Source of the DNA: an uncultured Chloroflexia bacterium
Lineage (GTDB): Bacteria; Chloroflexota; Anaerolineae; JAAYZQ01
Direction of reading: 5' to 3'
Assembly: GCA_963700285.1 (NCBI GenBank)
Contig: CAVOXA010000001.1
Span: 1,600,001 to 1,664,000, forward strand
DNA: 64,000 bases
In this document: positions 11,050 to 22,439 of the stretch, piece by piece
Position numbering within the stretch: position 1 is the stretch's first letter
Layout of the letters: every line of letters begins with the position of its first letter
Notes under the pieces: generated by a model
Database searches by the model: none
The model's input: only the letters and a program-made list of their open reading frames with translations
Told to the model about the DNA's origin: nothing
Made by a program: the position numbers and the translations under genes

Positions 11050-11320
11050 CAAACAAACGCCCCCGCGAAAGGACGTAGGGGCGCTGCTACGTGGTGCCAC
11101 CTTTCTTTGCCACCGGTTGTATCGAGCGACACAACAGACAGCCTCAAGGCTCTGCAACGGGAGCACCCGGCCCGGATCAGTCGCAGTGAGAGGTCAGAGG
11201 ACCTTTTTCCACGTTCTGTGGGCGGCTCGGGAGGGGATTCTAGCCATTGTGGCTACTGCCTTTCCACCGCCGGCAGCTCTCTGAAAGCTCGTGATGGCTT
11301 ACTCGTCTCCGTCAATGCCC
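11050..11320 (-). ncRNA. T-box riboswitch, Ser specifier
   Basis: Stem I AGAGAGC..GGTGGAA; specifier GAA-TCC (11235-11237); T-box AAAGGTGGCACCACG; terminator GCGCCCC..GGGGCGTTTGTTT. Confidence 0.88.
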
Positions 11321-11340
11321 AAGAGTTCAACTGTAGAGAA

Positions 11341-11369
11341 ATTATAGCATAGGGGCCTTGTCCTGTCAA
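11341..11369 (-). promoter_or_regulatory. Sigma70 promoter for T-box-serS
   Basis: Perfect TTGACA-17-TATAAT; a divergent TTGCTT-17-TATACT lies at 11378-11406 on +. Confidence 0.75.
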
Positions 11370-11484
11370 CCTGAGGCTTGCTTTCCAGTCCCAACTTTGG
11401 TATACTGAAACCAGGCATCAGGACTCGATCTCCAACCACTATCCGTATGCTGGAGGCGGAACGTGTGTAGGCAAAACGGGCACC

Positions 11485-14317
11485 ATGCAGGTAGTCGGCC
11501 GTCGTGGTCGGGGATAGCCATCCTCTCGTGGCTTACTCTGAGCGTCCTGGCCTTGGTCTGGCTCATCGCTGCCTGTACCCCCGCACCTACGCCCGGGCAG
11601 TCGCCAGCGAGAACTGACTGAGGCACCCATGCCGGAGCCAGCTGCCTCAGCGACTGATTCCGGCACCCTGTCTGAGAGGGTCACCGTCCCCGTTGAGGCC
11701 GAATTGAGGGCCACGGTCATGGCAAGCCTGCCGCCTACGCCAACACCTGATGCCCCGGGAGGCGTGCCATGGAGCGAGGTGGATGTCGGAGTGCTTCCTC
11801 TGTCAGGCGGTGAGGGCGATCCTCCACTGTGGGCAGTGTTCACGCAGGGCAGGCGTACCTATGACCCGGATCAGGGGCATTTCGTGGCCGTCTACACCCA
11901 CGATGGACAAGATTGGCAGGAACTCGACCGCGTGGTGCTGACATCGTGCGCCGAGTATGTCGGATCCGAGTCCCTCGCGCAGGTCAAGTTTGAACCGAGC
12001 CGTACCTGGCTGGAGCTGCAGAGCGGCGCGGGGGCCCACGGTGGCTGCTACGATCTACTGAGTTTCGACGGTGAGAGTTTGCGCTTCGAGGCATCCAACT
12101 CGCACTCGAGCCCTGGAGCAGGCTGGGTGGAAGATCTGGATGGCGACGGGAGCCCGGAAGTTGTTCTGGATCTGACAGAGACCTATGTCTTTTGTTATGC
12201 TTGTGGTCTGCGCTACCCGCGCTTCAGCGTACTCCGCTGGGATGGGGAGCGACTGGCTGAGGTCCAGCTATCGGCCCTGCCCCAGGCTGCACCCACGGAG
12301 CTCCGGAGCCTAAACATCCGGGCCGTGGAGCTGGCCCAAGCTGGGCTTTGGAAGGATGCCCAGGAAGTGATTGGCCAAGCTCTGACAGCAGACGTACAGG
12401 ATCCGATCGCTGAGGCAACTGTAGCATGGAACGGCGCGCTGATCGGTTTGCACGCCAAGGCTCTGGCCGATCAGGTGGGTGGGGGCGTCTATCCTCTGCT
12501 TGAGAACGCTTTCTATGGGGACTATGACGCCGCAGTAGGCGCCATGCGCCGTTATAGTGTGGAGGAGATCTGGGGGCCGGAGACGCCCCTGGTGGTTGGC
12601 ACAGCGGCTGAAGGTTGGGAGTTCGAGCTGAGTACCTGGATCTCGCAGGCCACCAATCTGGCCCTGCGCGCGCAGCCGGATTTGGCTCCGGCCCTGTTCC
12701 TGCGCGGCTGGGGCGCTCACCTCAGGACCCCGGGCGACGCAAAGGCCGTGGCCGATGTGGAACGCGCCGCAGAGCTGGCCCCCAACGATCCACTGTTTGC
12801 CCAAAGCGCCGCCTATCTGCAGGTGCCGATTTCTGTCGCCCCCCCGCCGCAGCCAATCGCCTACCGGCCGCTGCCCGCCGAAGCGTGCTATGAGTTGGGG
12901 CAGGCTTTGATGCAGACGCTGGGTATGACCGTTACGCAGGCGGAAGTACCGGTTGAGGATACTTTTCCTGGAATGGTTGGTACTGGCTGCCGTTCCACGG
13001 CCAAAGGTACCGGTGTCGACTTGAGGGCGCTGATCTCAGTTTCTGCCGACATAAAGTCTCTGCTGGAGGAGAGGGGCTGGGACGAAGATCCAATGTACGC
13101 TGCCGACGGCCCTACTGGTACTGCTGCCGGCTTCCAACAAAGGGGCGACATTTGCTTCCTGTCGGTCGACTGGTCACCGTCCGACGCAGCAGACTGTCCC
13201 CCCGACCGGCCGATCTCAGCGTGTGATCTGGCCCCAGAGCAGTGGCTTCGCACTATCATCCTGACCTGTGCCACGCAAGGAGGCGCCGCCGGGCGGCCTA
13301 CCCCTACGGTAATGCCGAGCGAGACATCCGTACCCACACCTGTGCCGACATCCGTCGTACCCATGCCCGTCCCGACATCCGTACCCACACCCGTACCCGC
13401 AGCCGAGGAGGCGTGGCAGGTGCGCAGTTTGCTAGCTGGACCCGGCGAGCCGGGTCGGCTGTACGCGCTGCAGGTGGACGAGTCATCGGGCGCTTGGCCG
13501 GCAACCCGCGCTCGCCTGCTCATCAGCGATGACTATGGGCAGAACTGGATCCCTTTCGCTGGTGGTCTTCCGGCCGAGGAGTGTGTGCTCAACGTTAACT
13601 TGGATTACGCTGCGCAGCCCCAGCGTGGTGAAGCGGATGCGCTCTATGCCAGCACCTGCCACGGGCTTTTCCGCTGGACCGAGAGCGCGTGGGTGCCGGT
13701 CTCACCTCAGGAGACGGGGATGGTGGCCATCGTCTATGGCCGGCCGGAGGTCATCTGGGCGACCCAAGCCTTCGCCGATGGTGGCGGCGTAATTCGTAGT
13801 GACGACGGTGGCGGTGTCTGGATCCCGGCGGGCAGCGGCCTGATCAGTTTCAACGGGGTCGCGAACCTGGGCATCGACCCGCGCGACGCCAATTCTCTGT
13901 ACGCCATCATCTGGCCCAAATATGCCGGCAGCTACCTGCGTAGGGGTACGGCCGACGGGCGAGTGGAAGACAATGCCCACGCCAAAGAACAACAGCGTCA
14001 TCGATACCGGTATGACGATGGATGGCGCCACCGGGGCGCTGTATGTGGTCGTGACCGCACCCGGTGCCCAGCTCTGGCGCACACTCAACCCCGGCGCACC
14101 CGATGTCAACGACGTTCGCTGGGAGCTGGTGCACGATTTTGGCCGGGACAAACAGGTGGAGCTCCTGGCCTCGGGCTGGAGCCCCGATGGCCTGGCGCTG
14201 TATGCCAACCTGCGGCCCTTGGACTGGAAGGACGAGAACCTGGCAAAAGTGGGCCATCCAGTGCTTTACCGCTCGCTGGACGGTGGAGAGACCTGGTCGT
14301 CACTTCCGATTCCGTAG
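11485..14317 (+). CDS. Large modular lipoprotein: FG-GAP-like motif, TPR-like helices, Cys-rich domain, Pro/Thr linker, BNR/Asp-box propeller (frameshifted)
   Basis: Lipobox-like LVWLIAAC near 11560-11576; DLDGDGSPE; SDDYGQNW, SDDGGGVW, SLDGGETW; frameshift near 13960 into ORF 13922-14317. Confidence 0.7.
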
Positions 14318-14431
14318 CCCGCCCAGGCCAGGCCTGCGTAGGTTCAGCCCAAGCGAGAGCCACGGCCATCGTTCGTGTTGTACGAACAAACTACCTCTCC
14401 TTTGTTCGGGGGAGGCTTGGGAGGAAGAATC

Positions 14432-15058
14432 ATGGACCGAGTTGATCAGATGTACGAGGCGATCAAGCAAAAGATCCTCGACCTGGAAGTGGATCCGACC
14501 CAGCCCATCGACGAAACGGTACTGGTGCGGGAGACCGGCGGCAGCCTGACCCTGGTGCGCCAGGCGCTGGATCGCCTGGAACAGGAGGGCTTGGTCGTCA
14601 AACAGCGAAGGCGCTGGCACGTAGCCCGGGCGGCCACTGCCTCCATCATGATGGAGATCTTTGAGGTGCGCACCACGCTGGAAGGCATGTGCGCCCGCCT
14701 GGCTGCCGAGCGGATCACGGCGGAGCAGATCGAGCGCATGGAGAAGATCCATCGTGACTTTGAGCGTGTTCTTCATCAAGGGGACAACGAGGCGCTCCTG
14801 GCGGTCGATCAAAAGTTCCACCAACTGCTCTACGAGGCGTCGGGCAATCGATTCCTGGCACGGGCGTTGGATGAGATGTACACGCTGATCTACCGCCTCT
14901 TCTTCTTTGCTCTGGATCGTATGGGCAGCGTGCGTGCCAACGTGGAGGAGCACCACGACATTCTGGAGGCAGTCAAGGCCGGGGACGGGCGTACCGCCGA
15001 GCGGCTGATCCAGCAGCACATCATCCACTTCCAGCGAATGGTGGAAGAGCTGCTGTAG
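14432..15058 (+). CDS. GntR-family regulator with FCD domain
   Basis: wHTH VRQALDRLEQEGLV; EVRTTLE, DQKFHQLLYEASGN, EEHHDILEA. Confidence 0.9.
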   Translation: MDRVDQMYEAIKQKILDLEVDPTQPIDETVLVRETGGSLTLVRQALDRLEQEGLVVKQRRRWHVARAATASIMMEIFEVRTTLEGMCARLAAERITAEQIERMEKIHRDFERVLHQGDNEALLAVDQKFHQLLYEASGNRFLARALDEMYTLIYRLFFFALDRMGSVRANVEEHHDILEAVKAGDGRTAERLIQQHIIHFQRMVEELL

Positions 15059-15181
15059 CCGGCGAGGCATAGCCGGACCTCACCTCGGTGGCACAGAGAC
15101 GCCGAGAAACAGTAGGTTTTGTCTGGAGATCCTCTGTGTTCTTTGTCTCTGTGGTTCTGTGATTGCCTGCTCAGTGTGCTG

Positions 15182-15880
15182 CTAGTTGCGCAGTAGGCTG
15201 AGGATCAGGACCGCGGCCGCCGGGATGGTCAGGTTGTCGATGCCCCAGGGCGACAGCGCTTCGACCAGGGTGCACACCAGGGCCACCGCCGCGCCATAGA
15301 TGAGGGCCAGCAGCCAGTTGATGGGCGGCTTGCCCGCGAGATAGGGCATGACGAACAGCGCCAGGGAGGTGGTGATCCAGCTCCAGAAGAGCATGGCCAC
15401 CGAGCCCTCCAGCGAGCGGGTCCGCCCGGCGATGGTGTAGCGGTAGTGCCCGTAGCGCTGGCCAATGATGGCCGCCATGGCATCGCCCCAGGTCAGCGGC
15501 ATCATGCTGGCAACCATCAGCACCGGCTGGCTCCAGAAGAAGTAGATCAGGGCGCCGAAAGGCGATGGGAAAGTAGATGGTGCCCAGGTTGCCCCTGTCC
15601 TCCGCTCTCCATGGCCTTGAAGGTGCCCCGCAGGTAGGAGATGGCGTTGATCGACGACAAAGGTCGCCGGTGGGATGAGGGCCAGGTACCAGGTCTCAAA
15701 GAGCAGCACGGTGCCCACGACCCACATGCCAACGCCGATGTGGATGAACTTGCGGGTGAAATCGGGCGGGCGGTTGCCGAGCGCGGCGCAGGAACTCCCC
15801 CAGGGCGATGACGCCAAATACATAGACATAGGAAAGGACCAGGGCGGTGTAGTCGGGCTTCCATGTAATGGCAAGGTCAT
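15182..15880 (-). CDS. Phytol/dolichol kinase-like (CTP-dependent) membrane protein (frameshifted)
   Basis: TRKFIHIGVG, WGDAMAAIIG, RSLEGS, IDNLTIP. Confidence 0.8.
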   Translation of the reverse strand: MTLPLHGSPTTPPWSFPMSMYLASSPWGSSCAALGNRPPDFTRKFIHIGVGMWVVGTVLLFETWYLALIPPATFVVDQRHLLPAGHLQGHGERRTGATWAPSTFPSPFGALIYFFWSQPVLMVASMMPLTWGDAMAAIIGQRYGHYRYTIAGRTRSLEGSVAMLFWSWITTSLALFVMPYLAGKPPINWLLALIYGAAVALVCTLVEALSPWGIDNLTIPAAAVLILSLLRN

Positions 15881-15910
15881 CGGGCGGATCTCCCTTCGGC
15901 TGTATGCGGA

Positions 15911-16826
15911 TCAGGGGATTGGCTGTTCAAGGCGACGGCGATCTGGGCAGCCACGGCGGCGTTGTTTTCCAGCAGGGCGACGTTGGCTTTGAGGCTGGCC
16001 CCACCGGTCTTGCTGGGCGATCCAGCTGAGCAGGAAGGGGGTGATGCGCTGCCCTCGATGCCCCGCGCCTGGGCCTCGGCCAGGGCGGCGGCGATGGCGG
16101 CTTCCAGCTGCTCGGCCGGCATCTCGTCGCCGGCCGGCACGGGCACGGCGATCAGCAGTCCCGCCGGACAGTCCCATCTGGCGGCTGGCCCGGATGATGG
16201 CGGCTGCCTCCTCGGGAGTGTCCACCCGTACGTCCACCGGCAGGCCGCTGCTGCCGGGTGTAAAAGGCCGGAAACTCGTCGGTGCCATAGCCGATGACGG
16301 GCACGCCGGCGGTCTCCAGCCATTCCAGGGTGGCTCGCAGGTCGAGGATCGATTTGGCGCCGGCGCAGACGACGGCCACGGGCACCGAGGCCAGGGTGGG
16401 CAGGTCGTTGGAGACGTCAAAGGGCGGGTCGCGGTGCACGCCGCCGATGCCGCCCGTGGCAAAGACCTCGATGCCGGCCCAGGCGGCGATGGTGACCGTC
16501 GCCGCGACCGTGGTGGCGCCGTCCTCGCCTCGGGCGACGACGACCGGCAGGTCGCGGCGGCTCACCTTGCGGATGCCCTCGGCGCGGTGGCCAGATGCTC
16601 CAGCTCGTCGTCGCTCAGGCCGACGCGCAGCTGCCCGTCGAGCACGGCGATGGTGGCCGGCACGGCGCCATGCTCGCGGACGATGGCCTCCATCTGCCGC
16701 GCGGTCTCCAGGTTGGTGGGGTAGGGCAGCCCGTGGGCAATGACGGTGGATTCCAGGGCGACGACGCGGCCGGCTGCCCTCCAGCGCTTGTTGTACTTCA
16801 TGGCTCAGCCGTAGTGGTTGTCTCAC
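15911..16826 (-). CDS. psuG: Pseudouridine-5'-phosphate glycosidase (multiple frameshifts)
   Basis: [51 protein letters not shown]. Confidence 0.9.
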
Positions 16827-16867
16827 TTCGATAGCCCTGCTACGCCTGTGATGTCCCGCATGGGCGT

Positions 16868-17801
16868 CTAGATGACCAACTGGTCGTAGAGCCGCTCCAG
16901 GCTCAGGTCCGGGCAGACGGTTTCGCGGCTCTGCAGGGTGAGGGCCGCCGCCGAGGCGCCCAGCCGCACCGCCTCGTCCACGGGAAAGTCGTTGAGCAGG
17001 CCAAAGACGACGGCGGCCGTCAGGGCGTCGCCGGCGCCGGTGAGGTCCACGACCTCGCACCTCGATGGCCGGCACGTGGCCGCTTTCCTGCGAGGTGGCA
17101 TAGACCAGGCCGGTGGCGCCCAGGGTCACGATGGCGATCTTGACGCCCAGGCCACCAGCTTTTGCGCGGCGACCAGGGCGCTTTCCCGGTCGGTGACCTG
17201 CACGCCGCACAGGGCCTTCGGCTTCGGCGGCGTTGGGCGCCACCAGGGTGAGGTCCGGCAGGTAGGGGCACAGGCGCGGGGCCAGGGTGGCGGTGGTCGG
17301 GTCGGCGCAGACCGGCACACCGTACCGGCGCGCCAGGCTAAAGATGGTGCTGCAGCGTCTGCGGCTGACAGGTTGGCGTCCAGGACGATCATCCGCGCGT
17401 CGCGAAAGAGGGCGCGGCGCCGGTAGATAAAGTCCGGCGTGATCAGCTCGCGGTTGATGCTCATGTCGTCGATGGACATGACCAGGTCGCCCGTGTCGTC
17501 CAGGACGGCCAGGTAGGCAGCGGTGCGGTGGTCGGCGTCCACCAGGACGTGGCTGATGTCGATGCCGCACTCGGCGGCCTGCTGCAGGATGCGCCGCCCG
17601 GAGCCGTCGTCGCCCACGGCGGAGAGCAGGACGACCCGCTCGCCCAGGCGGGCCAGGTTCTCGGCGATGTTGCGGCCCACGCCGCCGACGCTGACGCGGA
17701 TGGCGCCCGGCGTGGAGGTGCCGGTCTGGATTGGCTTTGCCGGCGCGACCTTTGGTGTCGATGCTGGCCGCGCCGATGACTAGGATATGGCCTGTGCTCA
17801 T
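16868..17801 (-). CDS. psuK: PfkB-family kinase, probable pseudouridine kinase (multiple frameshifts)
   Basis: [20 protein letters not shown]; adjacent to psuG. Confidence 0.8.
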
Positions 17802-18063
17802 GGATGTCCCCCAAAAGAGGTTCTCTACCCTAAGCTTGATCGAGCACCAGTGGCCGGAGCCACTCGTGACAGTCGTCGCCGGCGACCCTCTCCGACCAGG
17901 AAACCTCCCGGCCTATGAGGGTCCTTCTCATGCCCGGCCTGCGTGGGCGTCCGGCGGTTCGTGGATGAGATACCCATACTATAGCACAAGTTTCCACGCT
18001 GGCAAATCACTGGGCTTTGCCTTGAAATCTGACCAGCGCGGGGTCCTTGAGATAGGCGTGGCA

Positions 18064-19824
18064 TCACGCCACATGAAAATCCCGCAGAATCGACCCGCCC
18101 ACAAACTCCCGCAGGATCGAGTTGTCCGGCACCAGGTCCGGCGCCAGGGGCTCGAACCACTCCAGGAAGGCCAGCAGCCGCTTGGCCTCGACATAGGCCC
18201 GGGTGCCGGGCTTGACCTGCAGCAGCAGCGGCTCGGCCAAGGGCTTGAGCACCGCCAGCTCGTAGACCAGCGCCGAGTTGAACATCACGTCGGCGTGTTC
18301 CTGGTAGGGAAAGATCCAGCGCTTTTCGCCGCGGCGCACGCTCTCCCAGCGGTCGATGGTCTGCCTGGGCCGAGTAGCCCCGGTAGGCGGCGTCGCGCAC
18401 GATGCGACGGATCAGGCGCGTGTCGGTCGTCGGCACCCGGTTGTGCTTGTCGATGTTGAGCTGCGTCAGCGCCGAGACATAGATGCGATAGGTGACACTC
18501 CGGCGGGATGTCGGGCACCAGGTCGGGGTTCAGCCCGTGGATGCCCTCGACGATGATGATGTGGTCGGGCTGGAGCTGCACCGTCTCGCCGACCTCGCGC
18601 CGCCCGGTCTGAAAGTTGTAGTGGGGCAGCGTCACCTCCTGCCCGTCGAGCAGGCGCAGCAGGTGCTCGTTGAACAGCGCCACGTCCAGCGCGCCCAGCG
18701 ACTCAAAGTCGTATTCGCCCTGCTCGTCGCGGGGTGTCTTGCTCTCGATCGACAAAATAGTTGTCCAGTTCCAGGGCAAAGGGACGCAGGCCGTTGGCCA
18801 GCAGTTGGATGCTCAGCCGCTTGGAAAAGGTGGTCTTGCCCGACGACGATGGCCCGGCGATGAGCACCAGGCGGACTCTGGCCTTGCCTGCGCTGCGATC
18901 TCCTCGGCGATGCGGGCGACCCGCTGCTCGTGCAGCGCCTCGGCGACCAGGACCACCTCGCGGACCCGCTCGCCGGCGATGGCCTCGTTCAGGCAGCCCA
19001 CGTCGCGGACGCCCATCAGCTCCATCCACTCGCCGTACTCGCGAAAGACGCTGACCAGCTTGGGATAGTCCACGACGGGCTGGAGCTGCATCGGCGGGTC
19101 GCTGCGCGGGAAGCGCAGGATAAAGCCCGGGCGGATAAGTCTTGCAGGGCAAAGACGCGTCAGGTAGCCGGTCGAGGGCACCATGTAGCCGTGAAAATAG
19201 TCGCGGAAGCCCCGCAGCTCGTAGAGGGTCAGGTAGTCCTTGCGCCGGCGGTTCAGCAGCCGCACCTTGTCGTCGTCGCCCCTGGCCTGGAACAGGGCGA
19301 TGGCGTCGTTCAGGGGCACGCGCGCCTTGCGGATCGGCTCGTCGGCCTCCACGATCTCGCGCATCCTGGCCTCGATCCGGGCCAGCTCCTCGGCGCTGAA
19401 CGGCTCGCGGCCCTGGACCTGGCAAAAGTAGCCGCCAAAGGTCAGCGAGTGGTCGACATAGACGGTGGCCTCCGGGAACAGCTCGTGGACGGCCGTCACC
19501 AGCAGGAAGGCCAGCGAGCGGCGGTAGATGCGAAAGCCATCGCTGTCGGCCATGGTGATGGGCGTCACTTCGACGTCGCTCTCGACGCGGTAGGTCAGCT
19601 CGCGCAGCTCGTTGTCGATCAGGGCCGCGACCGTCGGGCGCCTGTGGATCCGGACCGGCAGCGCGGATGAACTCCTCCAGCGGTGTGCCGACGGGCCCTT
19701 CGAATACGCGCCCGTCGTCGAACCAGACCTGGGCGGTGTCGCGCGGTTGTGCGGGATGGATGTTGGAGTCTTGAGGGCCAGGAGTCTGGATCCGGGCTTG
19801 CTCGCCCTCTGCTTCTTTGTTCAT
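18064..19824 (-). CDS. Nucleoside (uridine) kinase with ThrRS-like N-terminal domain (multiple frameshifts)
   Basis: YRRSLAFLL N-domain; IAGPSSSGKTTF P-loop; VEGIHGLN; PDNSILREFVGGS. Confidence 0.88.
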
Positions 19825-20093
19825 GGTATACCTTTATTGCCTCCAAGCCAGCGGGCCAGGACCAGAAAGAGAAAGGCGCCGACGGTGGCTTCGACGATGT
19901 GTACCTGGCCCGATGGTCCATGGGACGAGGTCCAGACTTCTCGCCCACCAGGTGGCCGCCGGCAAAGCCCAGTACCGCGGCCAGCCAGAAGAACAGACAG
20001 GTCGCGCAGCCGCCGGCCCTGCCACAGGTGAAAGGCGGCGGCATAGACCGAAGCCAGGAGCAACGAGAGGACCAGGCTCGGTTCTTGAATCAT
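19821..20093 (-). CDS. Small membrane protein (frameshifted)
   Basis: MIQEPSLVLSLLLASVYAAAFHLWQG, three hydrophobic segments across frames. Confidence 0.6.
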   Translation of the reverse strand: MIQEPSLVLSLLLASVYAAAFHLWQGRRLRDLSVLLAGRGTGLCRRPPGGREVWTSSHGPSGQVHIVEATVGAFLFLVLARWLGGNKGIP

Positions 20094-20124
20094 GCTGCCC
20101 TCCTCGCCTACCCGCAATCCACTC

Positions 20125-21245
20125 CTATGTCTGTGGCTCGGACGGACCTCGAGCCGAGGCTCCGCTGATGATTCCCCCGCCGAGTACCTCGTCATCCTGG
20201 TAGGCCACGACAGCCTGGCCGGGTGTGATGTCGCGCAGCGGGCTGTCGAATTCGACCCGGGCTTGCCCGTTGCCGGCCGGCGTCCAGGTCGCGCTGGCCA
20301 GGGTGGCCTTGTAGCGGATCTTGGCCTGGACCCGGACCGGCTCGGTCAGGCGGCGCGCCGCTCACATAGCTCACTTCTCTGGCGACCAGGGTCTGCTGGC
20401 CCAACTCCCGGCTGGGCCCGACGATGAGGGCATTGCGGGCGACGTCCAGGCGGATGACGTACAACGCTTCGGCGCGGCGATGCCCAGGCCCCGTCGCTGG
20501 CCGACGGTGTAGAAGGGCAGTCCCTGGTGCTGGCCAATTTCCTTGCCGGCGGTGTCGAGGATGGGCCCGGGCTGTACGGCCTCGGGAGCGCGCTGCCTGC
20601 AGGAAGCGACGGTAGTCGTCGTCGCTCACGAAGCAGATCTCCATGCTCTCATCCTTCTCGGCCACTGGCAGGCCCCGCTGGCGGGCCATCTCCCGGACCT
20701 GGGTCTTGGTGTAGCCGCCCACGGGGAATAGAACCTGTCGCAGCTCCTCCTGGCCCAGCATGTAGAGCACGTAGGATTGATCCTTCTGCCGGTCGGCGCC
20801 CATGCGCAGCCGGTGGCGACCGTTGACCTCGTCCACGCGGGCATAGTGCCCGGTGGCCAGGTAGCTCGGCTTCCAGGGCCTGGGCGTGGCGCAGCAGCCG
20901 GCCGAAGCGGATGTGGCGGTTGCAGGCCAGGCAGGGATTGGGCGTCCGGCCCCGGCTGTACTCGGCGACAAAATAGTCGACCACGCAGGCTTTGAACTCG
21001 GCCTCATAGTTGACCAGGTAGAAAGGGATGCCCAGATGCGCGGCCACGCGCCGGGCGTCCTCCACCGCCTCCGGGGCGCAGCAGCGGTTCTCTCCATCCC
21101 CTGAACCCAGGCTAGGCTCTTCGGCCCACAGGCGCATCATGACGCCAATGACCTCGTAGCCCTGCTCCACCAGTAGGGCGGCAGCCACAGAGCTATCCAC
21201 GCCGCCGCTCATGGCAACCACGACCCGCTTCGGATATGGCGTCAT
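20125..21245 (-). CDS. mnmA: tRNA 2-thiouridine(34) synthase (frameshifted)
   Basis: [39 protein letters not shown]. Confidence 0.93.
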
Positions 21246-21251
21246 GCTAGC

Positions 21252-22189
21252 CTACCCGTCGCTCTGGTCAAAGAGCAGCCGCTCCAATTTCCTCAGGCGG
21301 GCCACGCCCTTAATTTCCTCAGCGAACAACGGGAGTTGGGTGATGGTCATCCGTTCGGCATAGTCACCGGCCAGTAGGTCCAGGTAGGGGCGCTGCATGG
21401 CTTGCCTTCGGACCAAGAAATCGGAATCGGGCTGGGAGATGACGTTGTTGACGATCAGGTGGTGGATTTCGAGACCAAACTGGGCGAATTCGCCCACCAG
21501 ACGGCGGGCCTGGTAGACCCCCAGCGCCTCGGGGATGGTCACCAGAATGAACTCGGTATTGGCCGGGTCGCGGAAAAAGTCGGCGATCTCTTGCGACAAC
21601 TCTCGCCAGCTATCGATCAGCTCCAGGAAGGGTACTCTGCTGAGCTGCAGCTTGTCGCGAACCCCCAGGTAGACGCGCGGCGCCGTGCGCAGGTGGCTGA
21701 GGAATTTGTAAGGCAGTTCCAGCAGTCGCAGCGTATCGCCTGCCGGCGCCGTGTCCCACACGACGAGATCGTAGCGCCCGTCGCGCACTTGCTCCAGGAT
21801 AAAGTCCAGCATAAACTCCTCCTGGATACCGGGGGCCAGGGCCACATAGTCGACCAGATCGTCGTAGGGCATGTCCACAAAGACCTGCGATGCCTCATAG
21901 ATCTGGGGGCCGAATTTGAGCTTCCAGCGGCGCATCACCTCGTCGGGATCGATCTCCAGGCCCCAGAGGTTGGGCACCATGGCGATCGGCTGTCTCGGTC
22001 GAGCCGATTTCGGTTTCAAAGATGTCTGACAGCGAGGGCGTCAGGTCGCTGGAGATGATCAGGGTCCGCTGGCCCTGCGGACGCAAAGTGAAGGGCGGTC
22101 GTGGCCGACGTAGTTGTCTTGCCCACGCCTCCCTTGCCGCCGAACATGAGTACGCGTTTGTGGCTCTGCTGCAGTGATATAAGTGACAT
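21252..22189 (-). CDS. ArsA/GET3-family ATPase (frameshifted 5' part)
   Basis: GGKGGVGKTT, DTAPAGDTLRLL, LVTIPE. Confidence 0.88.
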
Positions 22190-22439
22190 AATGCTCCGTG
22201 ATTGCTGAGGAGCCAGACCGGGTGATGGGTTAGTTGCTGTCGTGGCTGCCCTCAAGTCGATGTGCCGCCAGTATACCACAACTAGCATCTGGCGTAAAGC
22301 ACGGACCTGAAACGATAGAGTATCAATTTTGGTGGGAGTTCGAGTTGGTCCGGATACCGGGGCACAGCTTTAGGAGCTGGTTCAAGCAGTGCTCACCGAT
22401 GGCGCCAACAATCTGGCCCTCTCTGCGGTGGGTCTGGGG

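Noticed and set aside
15182-22189. Programmed frameshifting or mass pseudogenisation
   Set aside because: The indels are numerous and scattered, affect conserved housekeeping genes, and come without nonsense substitutions; sequencing error is the simpler explanation
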